Program-made: the position numbers and the translations under genes
Part shown: in pieces, positions 10,467 through 20,947 of the stretch
Layout of the letters: every line of letters begins with the position of its first letter
How positions within the stretch are numbered: the stretch's first letter is position 1
The notes under the pieces: model-generated
Told to the model about the DNA's origin: nothing
Seen by the model: only the letters and a program-made list of their open reading frames with translations
Databases searched by the model: none
DNA from: Candidatus Altimarinota bacterium
Lineage (GTDB): Bacteria; Patescibacteriota; Gracilibacteria; BD1-5; UBA2023
Direction of reading: 5' to 3'
Assembly (NCBI GenBank): GCA_043741945.1
Contig: JAYTZT010000001.1
Coordinates: forward strand, 48,617-112,616
Length of the DNA: 64,000 bases

Positions 10467-12116
10467 ATGATCAAGTTGCTTCACTCATCGCTATTTTTAG
10501 CATATTTTTTATTCTCTCTCGGAGTAGTTTTTGCTGGAGAGATGCCATTTACAGATATTCAGACTACTGATCCATATTATGATGCGGTACAATCACTCTA
10601 TGACTCATACATTATAACGGATAATGGTGATCATCTATTTCATCCAGATAACTTGATGACTCGCGATTTTTTTGTAGGACTTTCTGTCCAGATTGGGTGT
10701 CATAGATGTGATACTCCGAGTATAGTAGATATAGTAAAATATAGAGCTGCACCTTTTGTAGATCTTACCAAAATCAATCCTCACTACTATTGTATAGCGT
10801 ATGCAAAAGATGAGAATATCACTCAAGGGTATGTGATAGATACTTCTGGAAAAGCAACATGTGAAAATGCAATACAATATACCAGTTCACCATTTTGTGC
10901 GGATAATACTATCACTCGGATCGAAGCTACAGGCATTCTCCTGAGACGAGCGAAACTATGGGATGATATTCGTAATTCTGGAAATTTTGATAAGTCTATG
11001 GTTATACCAGATACTACCTCATACTGGTATGGGTATGCAAAAAAATGAATAGATATCGGTATATTGAAACAACAATCTGATAAAAAAATCTGACAAGATG
11101 AGAAGATTACTCGTGGCGAATTTGCTCTCATGGCAAATCGTATTCTCGGGTATACACAGTGTCAATCTGAGAATAGCAACAACACTATGGCATCCTCAAT
11201 CAGTATTCAAGATATAAATAACAATACTATAGAAAGGAGTGACTTTGGAACTGGAGAAGTATTGTGGCTCGTACCAAAAACTAGTAGTGGCACATGGCTA
11301 TATAAGTGGAATGCCATTGATCCGAATACAGGGAAAATGGCAACATGAAATGGCAGTAGATTTTCTGGTGCCCAGCTCGGAAGTGGTAATTGGATTGTAA
11401 CACTGAATATAATCGATCCATTAACTACACGTGTTATTTCTTCTCCAACAATAAGTATCAATCTAGGAAGTGCAGCAAATACGATTACTCAACCGAGTTG
11501 AAATCCATCAGTGCTCCTATCAGCTGATACACTCATTGCAAATATTTGAACATCAGTTTGATTCACGGCAACTGTCAGTGGTAACAAGAGTAATCAGACA
11601 TATAATTGGAACTATGGAGATGGTATTATATCGAATACTATTGGTAACACTAGTCATATATATACCGCTCCGGGTATATATACTATTACTCTTACCATAA
11701 CAGATATGGTCACAAAAAAGACCGTACAATCAACTCTAATAATGAGTGTCGTAGGAGATATAGACACGGATTGAGATGGTATTATCGATACGGAAGATCA
11801 GTGTAGGCTTGTATACAGCGTCACTGCGACGGGCTGTCCAACTATCTCAATATATTCTGGAAATAGAGGAACATGAAATTGAAATAGTAGCATAAATACA
11901 TCAGCCTGATATTTCGATACTAATAACATATGTCTCTCCAAACGAAATAAAAATCAAGGCCTCCTAATTGGTAAACCGAATTGTATTCAATGTCCCTGTA
12001 TCAATAGTATATCTATAAGTTCAGCTATCAGATCATGTGATATAGTATTTCCAACTATCCTATCCCCAAATCTCGACACAGTATATTCTCGTGGTGCCTT
12101 TTTCGTCATTCCCTAG
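10467..12116 (+). CDS. secreted surface protein with SLH-like units, PKD domain and Ca-binding (thrombospondin type 3-like) motif
   Basis: Signal peptide MIKLLHSSLFLAYFLFSLGVVFA. PKD signature FTATVSGNKSNQTYNWNYGDGIISNTIGNTSHIYTAPGIYTITLTITD. DTDGDGIIDTEDQC, then a Cys-rich tail. 549 aa via about 10 TGA. TAG 12114..12116. Confidence 0.75.
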
Positions 12117-12119
12117 ATT

Positions 12120-12809
12120 ATGCTTACACAGATATTCTTCAAATCCCAAAAATCAGGTACTAATAGAAGTGGCTCTGCACAAACTATAACACAACAGAGA
12201 GGATCCGATTGGTCTCATCTTCGCATATATCAGGATAGTGACGATATCCGAGATATTGTCTGGGGTCGTATTAGGCCTGAGTGACTCTCAGTTCGGGAGC
12301 GTGAGAATCACGGAGATTATTCTATCGTATCATGCTGGAGATCTAGTCTATATGATAACTTCTGGATTGAAAACAAAAATGATTCGAGAAAAAATGCCAC
12401 CGAAAAGACTCGAGATATAATCAAGATGAGTGCAAAATATGGACAATATCCCTATCGGGAATATTCTGGAGATATAGGACTAACTCAGCTAATAAAGATG
12501 AAACCAGAAAATGCACTCATATTTATCTGTGGCTTTGATATAAATGATGACATAAAACTTCTTGCCTATCATAATGACCTTATCTATATTGATCTTATTC
12601 ATCCTTTTGAATCAAATCCCAATCAATCTATATTCTTCTCCTGAGGGGTACTCGATACAAAGCAATATAAAAAAGCGTTTCAGGAGGCTCAAGAGAACAA
12701 GAAAAATAATCTCAAAAAAATACAAGCTTCATACATATCCATTCCAACAACTGCCGATGTAGGAATCATACTCAACACTTTTTTCAAAAAACGATACACC
12801 CATGGATAA
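12120..12809 (+). CDS. DUF58-like protein
   Basis: RGSDWSHLRIYQDSDDIRDIVWGRIRPEGLSVRERE matches the DUF58 core (G-x-EF-x-R-x-Y-x-GD-x-R-x-IDW). 229 aa. The stop overlaps the dprA start (ATGGATAA). Confidence 0.55.
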
Positions 12810-13902
12810 TCCTATATCACCCACTCTCGCACTCGTTGTACTCCATAGTAGCGGATTCACACAAAAAGACCTCCAAAGATTCTTCGAAAATCAACAGAAC
12901 TACTCTGATATTCTCTTTGATTTACTATGAGCAAAAAATACTCCGACACCCTGGATGACGAGAGAGCGCAGAGTAAAAATACTCGAGAAACTCGCAACAA
13001 TAGATACAGCAAAACTAGAAGAAATACTTAAAACCAAAAATATACACATCATCACAATGGATTGAGATCTCTATCCAGAAAAATTACGTGCTATCAAACA
13101 AGCCCCATATCTCCTCTATGTCCGTGGGATTCTCAGAGAGGAACGCAAGATGCTGGGAGTGGTCGGATCTCGCCGGAGTACCAGCTACGGTCGCAAGATC
13201 CTCGAGATGATCATCCCAGAGCTTGTGCATGCAAATTGTGGGATCGTGAGTGGTGGTGCATACGGTATCGATGCCATCTCTCATGAGCTCACTCTAGCGG
13301 CAAGTGGATACACGATATCAGTATTTGGCTCTGGAGTGGATCTCTACTATCCAGCTGAAAATACGAAGTTATTCGACTCTATTATAGCACAGTGATGAGC
13401 TCTCGTCTCTATATTCCCACTTGGGACTCTCCCTGAGATGTACAACTTCCCTATCCGCAATGAGATCGTAGCAGCACTCTCTGATGGGATAATCATCCCT
13501 GAGGCAGCAGCGAAGAGTGGTACCCTCATCACCGCTCAGCTCGCACTCGATCATGGTCGAGATGTATTCGCAGCTCCTGGAGATATATTCCGAGAGACAA
13601 GTATGGGAACGAACTGACTCATAGCACGTGGTGAGGCCAAGGCTATATCGAGTGCGACGGATATCCTCGAAGAATACTTCCCGAATCTAACAACTAAGAC
13701 AATATCGATGTTCGCTGATAAGGTATTCGATAGTGATGAACAGAAGGTGGTTTATGGTATCATCACTGATGGAAATAATACCCCAGATAGTATCGGAAAA
13801 AACTCTGAGTATACTATCGATATCATCACGATAACTCTCACGATGCTCGAGATCGATGGTCATATTAGACTCGGAGCGGGTGGTAAATACGAAGTCATAT
13901 AA
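12802..13902 (+). CDS. dprA: DNA-processing protein A (DNA protecting protein, competence)
   Basis: YPEKLRAIKQAPYLLYVRG, VGSRRSTSYGRK, GIVSGGAYGIDAISH, FPIRNEIVAALS, AAAKSGTLITAQLALDHGRDVFAAPG. Fragments 13150 and 13708 are in frame. Confidence 0.9.
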
Positions 13903-13962
13903 TAGATTGATTTTTCTGATCCATTAGATATAATCTAATTTTATTTTTCACATACTTCATAT

Positions 13963-14451
13963 ATGTCTCTCCCTGCTGTTGTCCGAGCATTCGTATTTAA
14001 TCCTGATGGTCAGATCCTCATGACTCGACATACTCCTGCTGCTCCATGGGTACTCCCTGGTGGTCATGTAGAAAATAGTGAGAGTCTCCATGAAGCTATG
14101 ATACGCGAGCTTACCGAAGAGTTTTGACTTTCTGCCCGATTTTTTGAGATAGATCGAGATGAGATACTCAGACATAAGGGCAAAAAACTCGTCCACTATC
14201 CCCTCCCGATAGCCACCTACGAGCTCAGCTATACGAGTAAAGATGGTAAGGATAAATCTAGATCTGAGTCTATTTTTCTCATGGAAACAGACACGTGAAT
14301 CACACAAGAGCTCAACACCCAGAAATCAGAGATATCAGGGTATCAGTGGTTCGACGCAGATGATATCATCACGATGAAGCCCAATATCGAAACTTGGGAC
14401 TTTATTATCGAGATGCTGGAACGGATTATAGATAGTGAAGATGAGCAATAG
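13963..14451 (+). CDS. NUDIX hydrolase
   Basis: Nudix box GGHVENSESLHEAMIRELTEEFGL, with the final G encoded by TGA. 162 aa. TAG 14449..14451. Confidence 0.85.
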
Positions 14452-14462
14452 AAAAAATCACA

Positions 14463-15611
14463 ATGCATAAAAAACTCACAGAAACACTCTCAAAATATAC
14501 TAAAATAGTTCTCGTCGGCGGAGGAACTGGCGGACATATACAGCCTATTGTATCGATAGTTAGAATATTGGAATGTAGAAAAGTAGGAATGTTGGATATT
14601 CCAAAATTCTTATGGTTGGGAGGATCAAATTCTCAAGAAGAGAAAACTGCAACAGAAAACAATATAGTATTCGAGTCTATATCTACTCTAAAACTCTCAA
14701 CAACAACATCTCCGAAAATCCTCCTATACCCATTTGTACTCGTAAAGTGAATCATCGAAGCGAGACAAATACTCTCGAAAATCCAACACTCAAACACTCA
14801 AACACTCAAACACTCCATCTGTATCTTCTCCAAGTGATGACCAGGCTCCGTGGCTATCGGAGTGGCTGGCTGGTCGCTATGAATACCACTCTATATCCAC
14901 GAGTCGGATACTATTCCAGGCAGGTCAAATCGGATACTTGGGAAAATAGCGAAGCGGATTTTTCTCGGATTTGAAAGTGCGAGCAAATACTTTAACGAGA
15001 GAAAATGCGAAGTCGTGGGGCAGATATTGGATCCTGTATTTTCCCGTTATTGCGAGGCTTGAGCCTATCCCGCTCAGTGGGAAAGCAATCCAGAAAATAA
15101 TAAGGAAAATTTTTTTTCTGATGGATCGCTGTGCTTCACTCGCGATGACGGCAACAAGATACACTGGAAGACCACCAAACTACATATTCTAGTCATTTGC
15201 GGAAGTCAAGGATCTCGATCTATATTTGAAGAGATCATCAAAAAATATAGTGATCATAATGAATATGAATGGATCATCGCTCTCGGCAGGCTCAATAGCG
15301 GAATGAAAGATACATTTGCAAAAATGAATAATTGCCAAGCAGTGGATTGGATTTCTCAAACTGATCTCGCAAGCCTTATATACAAAGCTGATCTCACTAT
15401 TACTCGTGCAAGCGCTACGACTCTCGCAGAACTTACTACCTTTAGCAGTGCTCAACCTCATCTTATCTTGATACCACTTCCCTATTCAGCAAACAATCAT
15501 CAGTACTATAACGCCCTCGAATATCAAAAAATGGGTCACGTTATCCTCGAACAAAAAAATCTCCATCAATTAACAGAAATCATAACTCAATATGTCAAAC
15601 ACAATAGCTAA
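14463..15611 (+). CDS. murG: undecaprenyldiphospho-muramoylpentapeptide beta-N-acetylglucosaminyltransferase
   Basis: GGGTGGHIQP, SKGGPGSVAIGVAGWSLGIPLYIHESD (GG = TGA TGA at 14835..14840), ITRASATTLAEL, HQYYNA. Fragments 14463 and 15303 are in frame 0. Confidence 0.9.
14785..14816 (+). repeat. octanucleotide tandem repeat (AACACTCA x4) inside murG
   Basis: AACACTCA AACACTCA AACACTCA AACACTCC, encoding QHSNTQTLKHS. Confidence 0.9.
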
Positions 15612-17388
15612 AATAACTGATCGAAAATTTTCATTTTCCACACTCTTCGAGATGGCAAGTCATCTCCAAACTGTCAAAAAAGATTGGAAAATGATCAGTT
15701 TTCTATTAATCATATTGGTAATATCTATATCAAGTGAACCGTATTTCTACAAGTGGCTCATCGGTAGTATAGAAAAAAGAGAGTGACTCCATACATTGTT
15801 CCAGATTATTGTTATATGGCTCGTTTTTTGAGCGGTCACTATCATCACTAGATATCTCTATGGGATGAGACTACTACAAAAAGCCATGAAAGACTGGGGG
15901 GACTATATGATGAAGATAATGTACAAGATGCAATGACTCCCAATCGAGTATCATCGCAATATCCAGGCGTGAGAAAAACAAAAAATCGTAGACAGATCCG
16001 CTGAAGCAGTATGGGCTGTAGCTGATAACTTCATCCTCACGGTATTGCCTCAGGTATTCGTATTCATCATATTGCTCATATCTGGACTCTATATTGATCC
16101 GATTTTTACATTGATCTGTCTCGCATTCCTGCCGATAGGAGCTATCGGCGTATTCGCTCTCGGCAACACCGCACACAAGAATCAGAAAGTTGCCAACAAA
16201 GCCTGGGATCGTATGTATGATCGTCTCGTTGATGGAATTATCAATCTCCCTGTCATACGAATATTCGGTCGTATCGACTCGGAGCACTCGCTCATGAGAG
16301 AACGTATGCAGGCCGGCAATGATGCACAATATGGCGTGAGAAAAAACTGGAGCCAATTCAATGCGTTCGGGAGGTTTTTCACCATCATAGCAAAACTGAT
16401 CACCGTATCATGAGGATGAATTCTCCTCTATACTGGACAGACTGACTATGCTACATTTTTCTTTTTTATCGCGTTCACCGATCGTATCTATTCTCCGGTT
16501 ATGGAGCTCTTCAGCGTCATCCAGAGTAGCATGAGAGATATAGCATACTATGAAAAAGCTAAGGAACTATTTGCCATGGAGAGTGAGGTAGATGAATGAG
16601 ATATGATACTCCACGAGGTATCAAAGGGTATCACATTCCAGAATCTATCATTCTCATATCCATCAAGCGAACGAGAAGTACTATCTGAGATAGTTTTCAC
16701 AATAAAAAAGTGAGAACGAATCGCTCTCATAGGGCATACTGGGAGTGGGAAGTCAACGATCATCCAACTGCTCATGCGATTCTATGAGCCGAGTCAATGA
16801 AGGATACTCATCGATGGAGTTGATATCTATGAGTTCACCCTGGAATCATATAGGCAGAAGTTCGCAGCGGTATTCCAAGATACTACGCTATTCAACGAGA
16901 CCATCCAGCACAATCTTGAGTATGTCAGAGACGATATCACGCAAGCAGATATCATCAAGGCTTGCAGAGAAGCCAATATTCTCGACTTCATCGAGTCACT
17001 CCCAGAAACATGGGAGACGCAAGTCGGAGAACGAGGACTCAAGCTCTCTGGTGGAGAAAAACAACGTATAGCAATCGCTCGGGCTATACTCGCTAACCCT
17101 GAGATACTCATCCTCGATGAGGCAACCAGTGCACTAGATACAAAAACTGAGAAGCTAGTACAAGGAGCGTTCGATCACCTCATGGAGTGACGCACTTCGA
17201 TCATCATCGCTCATCGCCTCTCGACGATCATGAGTGCAGATACGATATACCTCATGGCTCAGGGTCGCATCATAGCGAAGTGAAGCCACAGAGTACTCTA
17301 TCGGCTCTCTCCAGAGTATAGAGAGATGGTGGATCTCCAGCATGATGGATTTGTGGGAGAGGAGGTGGAGGAGGAAGAAATCTTATAA
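15592..17388 (+). CDS. ABC transporter, fused permease/ATPase (MsbA/exporter type)
   Basis: Six-TM N-terminal half. Walker [10 protein letters not shown], signature LSGGEKQR, Walker [14 protein letters not shown]-loop AHRLST. Overlaps the murG end by 20 nt. TAA 17386..17388. Confidence 0.9.
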
Positions 17389-17405
17389 TTCCTTACTGTT
17401 TTTCT

Positions 17406-17870
17406 ATGAAAATAATCAAACCTTGAATAGAATCATCTGAACAAATTGAAAAATTACGAATCCATCTCTGGGAATTTGAAAAATCTGTTGCGGATTTTAG
17501 AATTAGCATTCCAAGTAAGGAGTCCATCTCAACCGAGATGTGAGCATATTATAATTATGCTACCAAGAAAATATTCGGACTTGAAGAATGAAATGAGATA
17601 GTTGGTTTTATTTATGGAACTATAGAAAAATCAGCAGAATATATAGAAGAATATAATAAGACTGGTTTTATAGAATGAATCTATATAGAAGAAGATTTTC
17701 GAGGAAAATGATGATGAAAACTTCTTATTGATTCTATGTTCGACTGGTTTCAGAGCGAAGATATACATCTGATTCAACTTGGAGTTTTAACAACTAATAC
17801 TGAAGCACTGGAAGTATACAAGAAATATTGATTCCAGAGTTACTACACTAAAATGAAAGTGATAATGTAA
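17406..17870 (+). CDS. GNAT-family N-acetyltransferase
   Basis: Motif A IYIEEDFRGKGGGKLLID, where GGG = three consecutive TGA (17709..17717). 154 aa with about 9 TGA in total. Confidence 0.8.
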
Positions 17871-17989
17871 TTAATACGAAAATCATGTCCACATCTAAGT
17901 CCACACTCGCCTATCTCAATATTTTCTAAAGATATGCTTGAAATCAATATTGGAAAAGATATAATAAGCATCTCTACATACTAATCTCA

Positions 17990-18442
17990 ATGAATATGGG
18001 CGACGTGCAACAACAGGTTGGAGTACTCGAGAATCAGCTCGTTGACGTATTTGCGAAGGCTCCTCATCTCCCTCAGAATATCAGGGATATACTCATTACT
18101 CTAGCTCCGTGGCTCGCCTTGATTTTTGGAATTCTTGGCATTGTCTCGTTATTGGCTCTTGGATGACTATGAGTGCTCCTGACGATAGTGACCCTCGGAG
18201 CATCTATCTGGATAGTGATCCATGTACTCATCGGTCTCGCATTGGCTGGACTCGCACTCTGGGTATATTCAGGACTCAAGTCAGGACTCAAAACTGGCTA
18301 GGACAAACTCTTTTGGTCACAGATTGTATCAGCTCTAGGAGTCATCATATCCATATTTGGTAGTACATTCTCTGGATGATCTCTCATCGGAGTCTTGATT
18401 GGCTTCTATATACTATTTGAGATACGCTCTCACTACAAATAA
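17990..18442 (+). pseudogene. small membrane protein interrupted by an in-frame TAG (18299..18301)
   Basis: MNMGDVQQQVGVLENQLVDVFAKAPHLPQNIRDILITLAPWLALIFG..SGLKTG-TAG-DKLFWSQIVSALGVIISIF..GFYILFEIRSHYK-TAA. Both halves are in one frame and read as one protein. Confidence 0.6.
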
Positions 18443-18477
18443 TATTTCTCGAACTGTAGGAAATAAGACCTTATAGT

Positions 18478-18802
18478 ATGTCCACCTCTAGATCCACTCT
18501 CGAACATCTCACTGATTGCCTAGAACTTGTACCTGATATCACTTTCAAACCAATGATGGGAGAGTATTGTGTGTACTCCGCATGACGCATATTCGGGCTC
18601 GTATGCGACGGTACACTTTTTCTCAAGACGACTCCTGAGACAATAGAGATGTTCGAAGACAAAGAAACGCGGGCATATCCAGGATCAAAAAATACAGCAT
18701 AGGTAAATGCCGAATGGCTCGAAGATAGAGAGAGCTCGCTAATATTGTGAATATAACACTCGAAAAGCTCCCGATACCAAAACCAAAGAAAAAGAAAATC
18801 TA
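18478..18802 (+). pseudogene. TfoX N-terminal-domain protein with an in-frame TAG and a frameshift
   Basis: MSTSRSTLEHLTDCLELVPDITFKPMMGEYCVYSAGRIFGLVCDGTLFLKTTPE..RAYPGSKNTA-TAG(18700..18702)-VNAEWLEDRE. The plausible C-terminus LANIVNITLEKLPIPKPKKKKI-TAA is then only reachable by a frame change in the AGAGAGAG run near 18727..18734. Confidence 0.6.
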
Positions 18803-20140
18803 ATCTACATTCAACTCTCCTCTGTACCGCTCTCTCGCGAGTCTCGCACTTTCTTTTTGATCCACTATTGGAGTATAGTATACCCCCTGGAGTTCTAGTG
18901 AGTGGATTTTTTTAGGATCGACTCATTCTAACTCTGAAATATATTTTTTGATAAATCGACACTCAGTATCGAATCTCTCTGACTGAAGGAGTGGATTGAA
19001 TATTCTGACAGGCTTGGGATCAGCTCATACCGATGCACTCCACTGCCAGTTACCATAATTGACTGCCTCATCATAGTCGATGAGATATTTTTTGAAGTAC
19101 TTTTCCCCGAGCCTCCAGTCTATCCCTAGATTCTTGGTAAGGAATGACGCCACCACCATACGCAGTCGATTGTGCATCCAGTTGGTCTCTATGAGTTGCC
19201 TGATTGCCGCATCCACAAGTGGATATCCTGTCTTGCCAGCCTGAAATCTCTCCCATAGATAGCTCGACTCATCCCGATCCCACTCGATAGTTCGTCTGCG
19301 TTCTTGGAACTCAATCTGATAGGTAAAAGGGAAATAATACGCAATCTGATACCAGAATTCTCGCCAAATAATCTCAGAGAGGAGGGTTGGATTATCTTGT
19401 ATCTTGATATATATCTCCCTGATAGAAAAAATCCCAAATCTGATATACGGAGAGAGGCGAGTCGAACCGTCTACGGCAGGCAGGTTGCGGAGATCGTCAT
19501 AGTGAGCAAAGTCTCGCTCAAGTCGAGATCTACCGAATGCAAGAGTCCAGAGTGGGTGATGTGGCACACTGATGACTTCCTCGATTTCTCTGCGATCTGG
19601 TGGTGTGAACCATTTTGTACTATTTCCATGGAATTCTCGCATATTCAATCTCTCTGGATTGGCGATGAGAAACTTTTTCCAGAGCATCGAGTACGGTGTG
19701 AATACCTTGCGTTGCTCACACTCATGCGGCTCGACGATCAGGAAGTCCTGAAATGAATGAAAATCGACTCCACTTGCATCACAAATCCCGAGTATAGTAT
19801 CATCTCTCGCCTTCCCTCTTGGTGAATATGATCGATTGATATATACTGCGTTAATGTGGTATTTTTGTATGATTTCTTGTATTATTTCTTCTGGTTTTCA
19901 TTGATACACTGTGAGCCTACCTCCGACTTTTTGAAGGTCAGTATCGATCTCTTCGAGTGCCTCTCGTATCAGTCCGAAGCGTGGATCATCGCGACCAAAA
20001 TCCTCGATTGCCCGAGTATCATGGATAAATATCGGAAATATCTCTTTTGAGTTTTGTATCGCTTCGATGAGTCCAGTATTGTCATGGGTCCTGAGATCCT
20101 GACGAAATATAAAAAGGGTACGATTATGGATTTTTTTCAT
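18800..20140 (-). CDS. phr: deoxyribodipyrimidine photo-lyase (class I-like CPD photolyase)
   Basis: [80 protein letters not shown]. Fragments 19898 and 19025 plus a downstream extension join via TGA. TAG 18800..18802. Confidence 0.9.
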
Positions 20141-20184
20141 AAGCAGAGTATAGCAAAAAATCATAAAATGTATATACTCACTCT

Positions 20185-20787
20185 ATGTTTTTTCCATTTT
20201 TCTCACTCGCGATCTATCTCATTATCTGGTGACTCATGTCACTCGGTATACTCCCAGATATATCGAATCTCTTCGAACTCTCGAATACTCTGGGTCCATG
20301 GACACTCCTCTCTATGATGTGACTCATCATATTCGCAGAGAGCATCATCTATCTCGGATTCTACCTTCCATGACAGTTCATCGCAGTCATCCTCGTGATC
20401 AGTGGTGTACACTCATGGCAAGATATCATCCCACTCACGCTCGTATCTATCATCGCTGTGACACTCTCTGCCATAGTCAACTATACTCTCGGATCACTCT
20501 GGCGGGAGAAAAATCAGAGCATAACACCTATAGACTACAAGAAGCTCCTCCTCTCAATGATACATATAAACACACTCGCACTCGCACTCTTCGAAGCTGG
20601 CAAGATGCGATATCCGAAGTGGATCATAGCAATAGTGGGCATACTCAATCTCCCCTACTATCTCCTCATGATAGCAGTCGTGTACTACTTCCAAGATGCT
20701 GCCCGAGAGCTCGGAGAAAATCCATACTATCTCCTCATCGCCCTCATCCTCTGGTGTGGATATAGCGTATGGAAGGGTAAGAAATAG
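20185..20787 (+). CDS. DedA/VTT-domain membrane protein
   Basis: FAESIIYLGFYLPGQFIAVILVISG resembles the DedA E-x-PG-E motif. 200 aa, 4 TGA. TAG 20785..20787. Confidence 0.6.
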
Positions 20788-20789
20788 GG

Positions 20790-20936
20790 CTACTTCTTCT
20801 TTCCTTTTCTACACCTATCTGAGCAGTATATGACACTGTCCCAGATAGTTTTCCACTTTTTCCGATTCGAAAAAGGTCTCTGGCAGACAGGACAGATTTT
20901 GGATTCACGCATGACTCATCGATCGAGGATTTTCAT
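20790..20936 (-). CDS. DUF2256 zinc-ribbon protein (48 aa)
   Basis: MKILDRGVMRESKICPVCQRPFSNRKKWKTIWDSVIYCSDRCRKGKKK, i.e. the C-x2-C ... C-x3-C pattern of DUF2256. Starts 12 nt after the upstream CPF gene. Confidence 0.7.
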
Positions 20937-20947
20937 AGTTTCGTGCT

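Noticed and set aside
14785-14816. The short direct repeats here, or any other repeats in the window, as a CRISPR array
   Set aside because: The units are 8 nt without spacers and lie inside murG. I saw no repeat-spacer architecture anywhere in the window.
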